A stretch of 45,445 nt of DNA from a virus. Its lineage: Duplodnaviria > Caudoviricetes. The DNA is taken from positions 1 through 45,445 of the IMG/VR virus record IMGVR_UViG_3300036778_000052; one strand, written 5' to 3'. A program made the position numbers and the translations under genes. A model generated the notes under the pieces. It worked only from the letters and a program-made list of their open reading frames with translations. It did not search any database and was not told the DNA's origin. Below are positions 7,861 through 16,156 of the stretch, in pieces (positions within the stretch are counted from its first letter, which is position 1; each line of letters begins with the position of its first letter).

Positions 7861-8100
7861 ATGACCGCGAGACAACCGCTGAAAACGTTCGTGATGATTC
7901 AGAAGTGCAAAGACTACTTCGGATGCGACCGTGCCCGCCTGGCCTGCGACGAAGGCTATCCTGAGTTTCCCGGCGTGGTGATCGCCCATACTGTCGGGAC
8001 GCTGAACGACGAAATCCAGCCTGCGTTGGAATTTCAGCCGAGCGGATACTACCACGAAGGCACCTGGAACACCTCAACCGGGAGGTTTACCGTTAATTAA
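7861..8100 (+). CDS. Small hypothetical protein
   Basis: GGAG RBS before MTARQPLK; alternative start at 7846. Confidence 0.65.
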   Translation: MTARQPLKTFVMIQKCKDYFGCDRARLACDEGYPEFPGVVIAHTVGTLNDEIQPALEFQPSGYYHEGTWNTSTGRFTVN

Positions 8101-8342
8101 CGTAGGCCAAGCCAAACTAGGATAAAGTACCGGGAAAAGTTACATTATCCTAGTTGATCACCAAAACCCCCTTGTTTTATAGGCTGAACCGCGACCTGGT
8201 CATTATCTCATGAAGATGTTGCCCTATGAATAGAAATCACGGGAAACCCTTAGAAAATAGGGATTTGCTGACTGCGTGAAACCGCAGGAGTAGGCGGGAA
8301 TGGGAACAAAACGCGCGCGAAAGGGAACACGAAAGGGAACAC
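8101..8342. other. Candidate attP / att junction region
   Basis: AT-rich non-coding gap. It has a 15-bp inverted repeat with 1 mismatch (8115-8129/8141-8155), IHF-like tracts, a tRNA-like fragment on the minus strand near 8184-8205, and tandem gaaagggaacac arm-like repeats before 8343. Confidence 0.55.
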
Positions 8343-8846
8343 ATGCCGCGACCACGAAGCGTATGGCAGCGAAAAGGGCGTGCTGGATGGTGGGCGACGA
8401 TTGGCTCCAGGAAAGTCTTTCTCGGGCACGATCGCGATGAAGCTCAGACCATAGCTCTCACGTTACAGCCAGAGCCAAAGCTAAAAACAAAGGAAAGCGT
8501 GCACGAGAGAGCAAAGCGCACTGTCAGCCGGCCGACCAAGAAAAGGAATCCAGACACACTTAAGGCCGCGCAACTAAGAGCGAAGCTGCGCGGTTACGGG
8601 CTGTCGCATTCCGAGTTTTTGCAGATGCGTGAATCTCAGAATAACCGCTGTGCGATCTGCCGGACCGACTTCGTGTTTGGACGCGAATGCATCGATCACT
8701 GCCACAAGACCGGTAAGGTTCGCGGCTTCTTATGTGGCAGGTGCAACACGGGAATCGGCTGCATGTACGATTCCCCGAAAATCCTCAGAGCAGCCATTCG
8801 TTATCTGGAAACCCACAAGAAAAACACGCGGAGTGAATCCGCCTAA
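8343..8846 (+). CDS. Integrase-N-terminus-like domain fused to an endonuclease VII (His-Me finger) domain
   Basis: MPRPRSVW..GWWATIGSRKVFLG resembles the integrase N-terminus MPRPAKIW..GFYATIGKQKVFLG. The C-terminus reads CAIC...IDHCHKTGKVRGFLCGRCNTGIG. Confidence 0.85.
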   Translation: MPRPRSVWQRKGRAGWWATIGSRKVFLGHDRDEAQTIALTLQPEPKLKTKESVHERAKRTVSRPTKKRNPDTLKAAQLRAKLRGYGLSHSEFLQMRESQNNRCAICRTDFVFGRECIDHCHKTGKVRGFLCGRCNTGIGCMYDSPKILRAAIRYLETHKKNTRSESA

Positions 8847-8913
8847 ACCACCCCGGCAATCCGCGCCCTATGCTTGAGCGTGGGGAGCCATCAACCGCAA
8901 AGGAGCAACCCGA

Positions 8914-9024
8914 ATGACCACAGACCTGAGCGTCAACGCGGCCGTGTTCGGAGCCGTCGGTTCAATCTTGATCATGGCGGGCCTTGTTGTGCTGTCGTAT
9001 TTCTTTCCGGCCGAGAAATCTTGA
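8914..9024 (+). CDS. 36-aa single-TM peptide (not in ORF track)
   Basis: AAGGAG RBS; MTTDLSVNAAVFGAVGSILIMAGLVVLSYFFPAEKS. Confidence 0.6.
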   Translation: MTTDLSVNAAVFGAVGSILIMAGLVVLSYFFPAEKS

Positions 9025-9038
9025 AAGGACGAACTGAT

Positions 9039-9353
9039 ATGGGAAGCGTGATTCTGTTGAGCGTGTTGGCCATAGGACAGTACACGGGGCCACCCCCAAC
9101 AATGATGGTTCCACGAGGCGACGGAACTGCCATCTTTATGAACTGTGACAAAGACGGGAATCCGGTCAGCTTTGCGATGAACTACGGCCACCCTGAGAGT
9201 TGGTACACTGGCGGCGCGCCGCCAAACTTTCCGAACTTCACCCCGGCCGCCAAGGCAGCATCAAAGGCCAAGCCGGTTGATCCCAAGCAGGCGCAGCGGC
9301 GCGCGGCATCGCTGGCCTCTCGTGCCTACCGAGCGAAGTACCCGAGGAACTAG
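9039..9353 (+). CDS. Putative secreted protein
   Basis: AAAGGA RBS; hydrophobic leader MGSVILLSVLAIGQ. Confidence 0.6.
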   Translation: MGSVILLSVLAIGQYTGPPPTMMVPRGDGTAIFMNCDKDGNPVSFAMNYGHPESWYTGGAPPNFPNFTPAAKAASKAKPVDPKQAQRRAASLASRAYRAKYPRN

Positions 9354-9572
9354 TTAGTCTGGCTGTGGGACTTGACCGCAACAGGGGCGCCCAATGACTT
9401 GAGGCGCCTCGTTGCGTTGATGGAGGGCAAGATCGGTGGCTGAGAGTTCGATGACTCTCTGGAGATGAATGCCACCGATTGCTGCCCATTCGCAGAACGG
9501 CTTGTGTTTCGTGACCTCAACGATGCAGTGCCCTACCGATGGGCAGTGCTGGCAGTGCTCGAAGTCTGTCAC
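9354..9572 (-). CDS. Small Cys-rich protein at the end of the tail operon
   Basis: 6 Cys (CxxC, CC); coupled to the upstream gene. Confidence 0.65.
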   Translation of the reverse strand: MTDFEHCQHCPSVGHCIVEVTKHKPFCEWAAIGGIHLQRVIELSATDLALHQRNEAPQVIGRPCCGQVPQPD

Positions 9573-10030
9573 GATACCGTCTCGGTGAATGCCGCAGTGC
9601 CCCAGAGGTCAGGACATGTACCAGTTAACGCGCCGCTGAATGACCAGACGACGCTAAACGGAGAGCACACAATGTTTCTTGAGAGTAACGTTGCACTGCA
9701 ATTGATAATGCTATTGAAAATCGTGCTGTTCCCTGTCGGCGTGGGACAGTTTGACCCGCTTGTCACATGCCAGTTGATCGTGGCATCGCAGGTTGAAACC
9801 GTGAAAGTAATATTGATGACCAGTGATTGCGGCGCGCATCCGTTGAGACCTGGGTACGCATAATTAATAGTGCCTGTCCAATTCGACGCCACGGGATTAT
9901 AGGTGATCGTGCAGCTACCCAAAACCGAGTGTGTGTAGGTGAGAGTGGCAGGAACGCCAGTACACCCACAAGCAGTAATCGATGAACCGCAGTTGCACGC
10001 CCCTGGCGCAAATAGTGTCCCAGTCGGCAT
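9569..10030 (-). CDS. Cys/Thr-rich putative tail-tip or receptor-binding protein
   Basis: 11 Cys in 153 aa; beta-rich; distal tail position. Confidence 0.55.
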   Translation of the reverse strand: MPTGTLFAPGACNCGSSITACGCTGVPATLTYTHSVLGSCTITYNPVASNWTGTINYAYPGLNGCAPQSLVINITFTVSTCDATINWHVTSGSNCPTPTGNSTIFNSIINCSATLLSRNIVCSPFSVVWSFSGALTGTCPDLWGTAAFTETVS

Positions 10031-10422
10031 TATGTACAGCTCTGGTCAACGACGACGTAGGCACCAGCATTGTCAGGCTGGCAGTAGCAGACTTTGTTGG
10101 CCACGAACGTTGCAGGAAACCAGTTGGTGATGGTCGCTCCCGCGGTGGCTACGGCGATCGTCGTGTTAGTGACCTGGTAGACGTCATAACTCACGATGTT
10201 CGGCGATAACGTTGGCCAAGTGCCAGTAGCCCCCGTAATGGCCGATGTGGGAAAGAAGAAAAACGCCCCGCCGCCACCACCGCCGCCGCCCTGAGTGGTT
10301 GTTGGCGCGAACGCATTCTGCAACGCCTGGCTAACCTGAGTCTGTAAGCCCGCAATGAGCTGCTGTTGGGCCCGCACAAGCCCCTCGAGCCGGAACACCC
10401 GTTGTTCGAGGTTGGTACTCAC
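10030..10422 (-). CDS. Putative minor tail protein (coiled coil, Gly linker, beta domain)
   Basis: N-terminal heptads and a poly-G linker; follows the hub gene. Confidence 0.55.
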   Translation of the reverse strand: MSTNLEQRVFRLEGLVRAQQQLIAGLQTQVSQALQNAFAPTTTQGGGGGGGGAFFFFPTSAITGATGTWPTLSPNIVSYDVYQVTNTTIAVATAGATITNWFPATFVANKVCYCQPDNAGAYVVVDQSCT

Positions 10423-12620
10423 TGGGTCGACCCGCCTGGCAGCACGCCAAATGTCTGCTTGAACGCTGCCCGCTCGTTCTGTTCCATGCTGGTCTGCTGT
10501 TGTCGCTCAGCTTGATTCATTGCGGCAACTTGCTGTCTATCCATCTGCTGCCCATTGATCTTGTCGCCAGGGAGAGCCCCGAAGATTTGGCGGAACTGGT
10601 CTTGCTCGGATCCACCGATAGAAGGGCTGAACTCTGGAGACTGATCGAAGTTCTGGTTCTGGAATACGCTGGCGACGTTACCGCCCGACACCGCGTTGAA
10701 TCCAGCATCCGCCAGATTGCCGAGCCCTGCTCCCCAACTTCCACCAGAGGCATAGCTCGGATGTACGTACAGCCGATCACCTGAGTAGGCTTGTCGCCTC
10801 GTTGAGAACTGCCCGCGGGTAATCCACGTCGAGCCACCGTTCTGGGGCCACTCAAGCGTTATCGTGCGACAGGGAGCTGCCATCGTCTCGTAGCCGGTCG
10901 TCCGGCTGAAATGAGCGATGTTGACCGCTGGGAAGTTGTTGGGCGGCAGCATCGCATCGAGCTGACCGTAAAACGTAAACTGACCCTCTTGAAGCGCGTT
11001 CGAGACCGTGTTGAATATTTGCTGTGCAAGTTGGGTCATCAGTGTCGTCGAGCCGGGGTCTATCCAGTTGGGATAGTCTCGGTAGAGGGTTCTCTGGACA
11101 TTGAAGAGGCTGAACGCCGTTCCACCGAAACCGCTGGCTGGCCACTGTGTTTGGAGGGCTCCAACCGCGAACGGCACGAGGGCTTGCACGTTGGTCGGGT
11201 AAACGACTGCCCCGCCACCCGTGATAAGGGTCGCCATTGAGTTGTTGGCGGTTACCACTGGCTCATTGAATTGGATATAGCCGGGATTCGTCCCGTCGAA
11301 AGGGACCACCGTAAAGTTCCGGCTGACCTGAATCGTGATGCCGCCTTGAGAGTAGGTGACCATCCCAATCGGCAAGAGCGTCTGAATCGCGACGCTCGAG
11401 TAGACGAACGGCACCGGGTAAGGAAACTGCGGTACAAGGTGCTCGGCAACGTAGGTGTTGAGGAAGTTATACCGCCGATAACACTCCGAGATGCCTTGCG
11501 GAACCCCTCGCAGCATGTAATGGTTGTAGCCCGAGTTGACGAGCGGGCTATCGAGGGTCAGGACCGAGGTGCCCCCTGCCGTCAAAGCCGTGTTGGCTGT
11601 GACTCGCCGGTATTCGTTGGCGGTGGCGCCCGTCCCGATGATGTCCGTTGCGCCAACCTGTCCTTGGATGCCGGACCAGTAATTGGCGATCCAATGCTCA
11701 GCCGAGTTTGCCGACGTAATGGTCAGCGTGCTGGCCGTCATTGAGTTGATCGTGCCCTGACTGAACGCATTGACGGGGTATAAGAAATTCTGATAAGTCC
11801 AGGACGCCTCAAGGTTGGTACCGGCTGGCTTGTTGGGGTCGATCAGCGTTCCCAGGCTCAGGTCCACCCAGGCTGATTCCACGAGGTCTCTGCCTCGGAT
11901 GACGACCTGGGTGAAGCACTCCGAGGTGTCTTCCGTCATGGAGTCGAGTTTGACGAGATCGGTTCCGAGGGTCAGCGTCTGGGCTGTCAGGCTGAGCGTG
12001 TCGATCACCCTAACGAGGCCGTTGCCCTGGATGTAGATGCCGTAGCGGCTGCCGTACCATTGCTGGAGGAGCTGATCGATCTGGCTCATGAGCGATGGGC
12101 CAGAGATGTAAACCGGGTCGGGTGGCACCACCGTCAGCGCCGCAAGCTGACTGGTCGTCGTCGAGTCGGTCGCAATCGTGTAGGTGCTGAGCGCCGTTGA
12201 GTTCTGGCTGAATATCTGGCCGATGATCGTACCAACCGAGAGCCCGGCTTCTGTAGGCGAATAGAGCGGGTCGGTTGTGGGCAGGTTAAACCGCATTGTG
12301 CCTGTGCCATCGCTGGCCGTGATGGCTGTGAGGTAAGCCCCATACTTGAGCCCCATGCACCGATACCCGACGTCAATCGGGCCACTACCCATACCGCTGG
12401 GATGCCTCGAGACGATCCACCCCGAGAAGATGTTGACGCTATTCTGGATGAGCGTGATGTTTTGCTCGGGCGCGTAGCTGCCCGGCAGGTTGGTTCCGAC
12501 CTCGGTAAACTCAAGTTCGTCTGGACGGTCTAGCGAAATGGTCCAGCGATTGAGAATCAGACGGGCCGTCGAGCGAGTGACGGCTGACCCGCTGATTTTG
12601 AGGGTGGTGGTGAAGCTCAC
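10419..12620 (-). CDS. Tail tip / baseplate hub-like protein
   Basis: 733 aa directly after the tape measure; IFSGWI and DTSECFTQVVIRG hub-like motifs. Confidence 0.65.
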   Translation of the reverse strand: MSFTTTLKISGSAVTRSTARLILNRWTISLDRPDELEFTEVGTNLPGSYAPEQNITLIQNSVNIFSGWIVSRHPSGMGSGPIDVGYRCMGLKYGAYLTAITASDGTGTMRFNLPTTDPLYSPTEAGLSVGTIIGQIFSQNSTALSTYTIATDSTTTSQLAALTVVPPDPVYISGPSLMSQIDQLLQQWYGSRYGIYIQGNGLVRVIDTLSLTAQTLTLGTDLVKLDSMTEDTSECFTQVVIRGRDLVESAWVDLSLGTLIDPNKPAGTNLEASWTYQNFLYPVNAFSQGTINSMTASTLTITSANSAEHWIANYWSGIQGQVGATDIIGTGATANEYRRVTANTALTAGGTSVLTLDSPLVNSGYNHYMLRGVPQGISECYRRYNFLNTYVAEHLVPQFPYPVPFVYSSVAIQTLLPIGMVTYSQGGITIQVSRNFTVVPFDGTNPGYIQFNEPVVTANNSMATLITGGGAVVYPTNVQALVPFAVGALQTQWPASGFGGTAFSLFNVQRTLYRDYPNWIDPGSTTLMTQLAQQIFNTVSNALQEGQFTFYGQLDAMLPPNNFPAVNIAHFSRTTGYETMAAPCRTITLEWPQNGGSTWITRGQFSTRRQAYSGDRLYVHPSYASGGSWGAGLGNLADAGFNAVSGGNVASVFQNQNFDQSPEFSPSIGGSEQDQFRQIFGALPGDKINGQQMDRQQVAAMNQAERQQQTSMEQNERAAFKQTFGVLPGGSTQ

Positions 12621-13963
12621 TGAATGCCGGCCTGTACGTTGCCGTTGTTCTGGAGCTGGGCTTGAATTTGGCGGGCCTGAATGGCTTGGCGGGCTGCTAT
12701 CGCTTCGTTGCGAGCCATGATAGCTTGGTTTTCCATGAGTATCTGATTGAGTTCAAGCTGATTGTTTGCCGTGTTAGGGTCAATCAGGGGCTTCATTCGC
12801 TCAGTATCGATCTGTTGGTTTTGCTGAGCTGCCTTTTGTTGTTTAAGTGCCTCGCCTGCTTTTCTCCCTTGTTCTATACCTCTTCTCTGATCGTCTTGTG
12901 CGGTCTTATGCATAGCATCCTGCATTGATTCCGCTGCGTCGCGTGCATCCTCTTCGGCGTCCTTAACCATCTTCTCGTGGTCTTTTTTTTGTTCTGCCTT
13001 TTCCTTGGCCGCTTGTTCTCTATCCGCTCGCTCACGGTCCTGGAATGCTTTGCGGTTGGCCATGAGTTCAACCGGGGTTTTTCCGCCCAAGAGCACATCA
13101 GCAATGTCTCGATTGCCACGATTGCCCGTCATAATGTTGCGCAGCATTTCGGCTGCTTTAATGTTTCCCGAAGAAACATTGGTCATCAGATTGTGCGCCA
13201 TTATTCCGGAGTCAGCCGGACCCCAAGCACGCTCAACCGCTTTTCTGATTTCTTCCTGAACTGCGCCGCCGCCAAACGCATCAACAGCCCTTTTGATAAC
13301 GCCTGCGTCTTTGGCTTGTTCGGGGTGTTGAACCTTTAAGAGCCGTTCGCCCTCGTCGGCCGCTTTCTTGATCGATTCGGCCAACTTCTCCATGTCCTCT
13401 TTTTTCTTCTTTATGTCATCGCCAGTCCAAGCCTCTTTGAGTTTATCCCAATTATCGACCAAGAGACCGACACCCACCGTCAGAACCGACAGAATGCCCG
13501 TCAGGCCAGCGCCGGCCCCAAGCCCCATCAGAATCATGGGGATATTGTTTTGAACCGCTCGCAAGCCGCCAGCGAGGCCCTGAGTACCAAGCTGGCTCGT
13601 AAAGTCCTGGACAGCGTAAGACGCTCCCAAGATGCCCTGGCCGCCCATTCCAGATGAGCCTCGTAAGGTCATCATCGAATTGGCTAGTTCAGTCGTCTTG
13701 ATCGACATTAGCCCGGTGGTCGGAATCAGGTCACGGTAAAACTTCTCCTGAAGCTGCGCGGTTGTAACCACCGTCGTTTGAGTGGCCGCAACTTGACGCT
13801 CTAATACCTCGTACTCCCCGACCTGACGCTCCAAAACCTCATACGATTCCGCGGTCTGAATCGCGGTCGTCTTGAGGGTCTGGAGCTGCTTGAGAGTTTC
13901 CTCGTTGCCCGCCGACTTGGCAATATCGAGGACCAGACGAATGATCTCGTCATTAACTGCCAT
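12617..13963 (-). CDS. Tail tape measure protein (short)
   Basis: Ala/Gln-rich and helical; SYAVQDF..G..GGLRAVQNNIP motif plus a hydrophobic segment; follows the tail tube. Confidence 0.8.
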   Translation of the reverse strand: MAVNDEIIRLVLDIAKSAGNEETLKQLQTLKTTAIQTAESYEVLERQVGEYEVLERQVAATQTTVVTTAQLQEKFYRDLIPTTGLMSIKTTELANSMMTLRGSSGMGGQGILGASYAVQDFTSQLGTQGLAGGLRAVQNNIPMILMGLGAGAGLTGILSVLTVGVGLLVDNWDKLKEAWTGDDIKKKKEDMEKLAESIKKAADEGERLLKVQHPEQAKDAGVIKRAVDAFGGGAVQEEIRKAVERAWGPADSGIMAHNLMTNVSSGNIKAAEMLRNIMTGNRGNRDIADVLLGGKTPVELMANRKAFQDRERADREQAAKEKAEQKKDHEKMVKDAEEDARDAAESMQDAMHKTAQDDQRRGIEQGRKAGEALKQQKAAQQNQQIDTERMKPLIDPNTANNQLELNQILMENQAIMARNEAIAARQAIQARQIQAQLQNNGNVQAGIQ

Positions 13964-14862
13964 CAGGTAGCAACCATCGTAAAGTCAGTCGTTGCCGCTT
14001 TGTCATAGAACACCTGCACGTCAAGCGACTGATAAGCCGCCCCGTCCAGCGGCAGATCGTCCGCGATGTTGCTGATGTACGAGCTGGCCTCGCAAGTGAA
14101 AGTCAGCGTGTGAGCTGAGCTAGGCCCGCGGATGAACTCGAGCACAAAGGCCAATGGTGTTTGGTTCTCGAAGTCGCCGCGATAGACCGTTGCGGTGTAC
14201 TGAGGACCAAACGAGAACGACGCATCACGGCCGCAATAGAGCAGGCTGGTTATGATCGGCTGCTCATCCCACGTCCCGACCAGGACCGGCGAGATGGTGA
14301 TATCGAGGTTCTTGTACTTCGTGATGGCCGCAGAGGCCAGGGTGACGTTGCCCGCAGTCTCAACGAACTGGTAAGGCGTTTCCGTCGGGTAGACCGTCTG
14401 GGCCGGCTGAGCATAGGTGGTAAACGCTGGGTCTCTGGTCTGAAAGATCCAATCCACCGAGAGTGAGACATAATCCTGCTGTGCGTTAGCCGTGAGCGAC
14501 CAGCGGGCGATCTTGCCGCCCAATAGCTTCCACGCCTGGACACTATCCCAATAGATGATCGAGTAGCTGGGGATGTCCACCGGAGGGCCGGTGATTAGGC
14601 TGAGCGCTGTGGCCCAGAATGCCGCCTGCGTAGGGTAGAGCAGGGTGTTTAGCGTGCCCTGGAATACCTGCCGGTTGGCAACGACCTGGATCTTTCGATT
14701 GCCAGCGTCTGCCGAGCGGATCTCCTGCCGCTGTGGCATTCGACGCACGGTAAACGAGTTACCGTTGTAGAGTCGCGGAGACATAAACGTAGGCGTGGTC
14801 GGATACACCCCATAGGTTGTCTCTTCTGCAATTTGTAACCACGTCTGACCGGCCCAGGCCAT
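13963..14862 (-). CDS. Major tail tube protein
   Basis: N-terminal LQIAEETTYGVYP motif typical of tail tubes; position in the operon. Confidence 0.8.
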   Translation of the reverse strand: MAWAGQTWLQIAEETTYGVYPTTPTFMSPRLYNGNSFTVRRMPQRQEIRSADAGNRKIQVVANRQVFQGTLNTLLYPTQAAFWATALSLITGPPVDIPSYSIIYWDSVQAWKLLGGKIARWSLTANAQQDYVSLSVDWIFQTRDPAFTTYAQPAQTVYPTETPYQFVETAGNVTLASAAITKYKNLDITISPVLVGTWDEQPIITSLLYCGRDASFSFGPQYTATVYRGDFENQTPLAFVLEFIRGPSSAHTLTFTCEASSYISNIADDLPLDGAAYQSLDVQVFYDKAATTDFTMVAT

Positions 14863-14875
14863 GATCACCCCCCCC

Positions 14876-15391
14876 TCAAGACGGAATAAAGATTGCGAAC
14901 TTGATAGTGCCTTCGGCAATCAGCATCCGTGCTCCGTCTGCATCTTCGGGGCTGAGTCCGTAGGCATTGAGTAGAATCGTCGGCTTGAGCACGCCAACTG
15001 CCGTAAGTTGGCTGATTACCTTGTCACGCTGGGCCGGGTTGTTCTGCGGGAAGATCGCCCGTCGCATTGCTGCCCAGAGGTTCAGAAGACTGCGGGCATT
15101 CGTCCCTTTGACCGCCAGCGTGATTCGGAAAGCGAGCGGCCCGAGGTGCTGGAGTTCAGTAATCCAAGCTGACTCTGACGGGAACGGCCCAACAGAGCAG
15201 AACGGACAGTCAGCGTATGACGGCCCGAGCGTGTCAATGATTGAGCCATCCCAGCGAAGGAACGTGTTGATCACTGGCCCAAACGTCGGATCGTTCTGGA
15301 GGACGTGGCAGACCGCGTTGAACGTATTCCACTCGATGTCATCCGGCAGATTGAGATGGGGAGACGTGTACTTGGGAAGTGGCTTGCTCAA
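14876..15391 (-). CDS. Putative tail terminator / completion protein
   Basis: Position just before the tail tube; alpha/beta pattern and size. Confidence 0.55.
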   Translation of the reverse strand: MSKPLPKYTSPHLNLPDDIEWNTFNAVCHVLQNDPTFGPVINTFLRWDGSIIDTLGPSYADCPFCSVGPFPSESAWITELQHLGPLAFRITLAVKGTNARSLLNLWAAMRRAIFPQNNPAQRDKVISQLTAVGVLKPTILLNAYGLSPEDADGARMLIAEGTIKFAIFIPS

Positions 15392-15996
15392 CTGAATAGC
15401 TCCCTGACCGCCAGTCTGGCCCAATTGCGCAGAGCGTCCATTGCCTTGGCTACCCCTTGAGGGCGCACGCCGCGGAGATCCCTGCGTTTCTGGCCGATAC
15501 CGTCGAAGTGCCAGTGCAAGAACGGAATGCCCTGCACGTCAACCACCTCATCCCATGCGCCTTGAGCGAACCATTGCGGGGCGCCCGTATTAGGGCCCCC
15601 GAACGTCACCTTAAGGTTGGTGATTACCCGGCTGAACTGATCACGCGGAGCCAACGGAGGGCCACCCAAGAGGCGATATTCGGCCGACGACAGATTGCCA
15701 TGAGATACGTAACCAAGCCCCTGAAAAGCTCCCTTTTGTGCGTTTGTTTTACGGCCGCCACGCTGTGATTTGTTCGGCTTGATCGGTCCGGGATGTTTGG
15801 GACGATACGTGACGGGCGCCAACGCCACCCCATCCTTGTCTGTGCCGGCCAGAATGCCACGGCGGTTATCCTCATCGATAATCCGCATCCAAGTCAGCAT
15901 CAAAGGAGCCGCGTTCAAGCTAGCCTTGGCATCGTCCAGTTGGTGAAGCTGCTGGATTCTCTTATCGAGCCCGGTTAGGTCGAGGGTCGTTGGCAT
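15388..15996 (-). CDS. Virion morphogenesis / neck protein (Mu gpG, P2 gpS-like)
   Basis: LDLTGLD start, DKDGVALAP, FLHWHFDG...RRDLRG; neck position. Confidence 0.6.
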   Translation of the reverse strand: MPTTLDLTGLDKRIQQLHQLDDAKASLNAAPLMLTWMRIIDEDNRRGILAGTDKDGVALAPVTYRPKHPGPIKPNKSQRGGRKTNAQKGAFQGLGYVSHGNLSSAEYRLLGGPPLAPRDQFSRVITNLKVTFGGPNTGAPQWFAQGAWDEVVDVQGIPFLHWHFDGIGQKRRDLRGVRPQGVAKAMDALRNWARLAVRELFS

Positions 15997-16156
15997 TTCT
16001 TTCCTCGAAATGAATTCCGTGATCGCCCGTGACTGGCTTGGTATGCGGGTTGCCCTCAAGCCAGATCAGATCAACGATCTTCTCCGGATACGCATCGCAC
16101 ATGCGAGCGCCGCGGTAATGTTTGCAGTTCATGCATACGGGTGGAGGTAGGGTCAT
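15962..16156 (-). CDS. Small Cys/His protein (CxxCKH...CDAYP...H...GDHGIHFE)
   Basis: ATGA-coupled to the zincin-domain gene. Confidence 0.7.
   Translation of the reverse strand: MTLPPPVCMNCKHYRGARMCDAYPEKIVDLIWLEGNPHTKPVTGDHGIHFEERNANDPRPNRAR

Noticed and set aside
8115-8155. XerCD dif site
   Set aside because: The arms end in gataa/ttatc but the spacing is far longer than the 6-bp dif core; kept only as an att-region inverted repeat.
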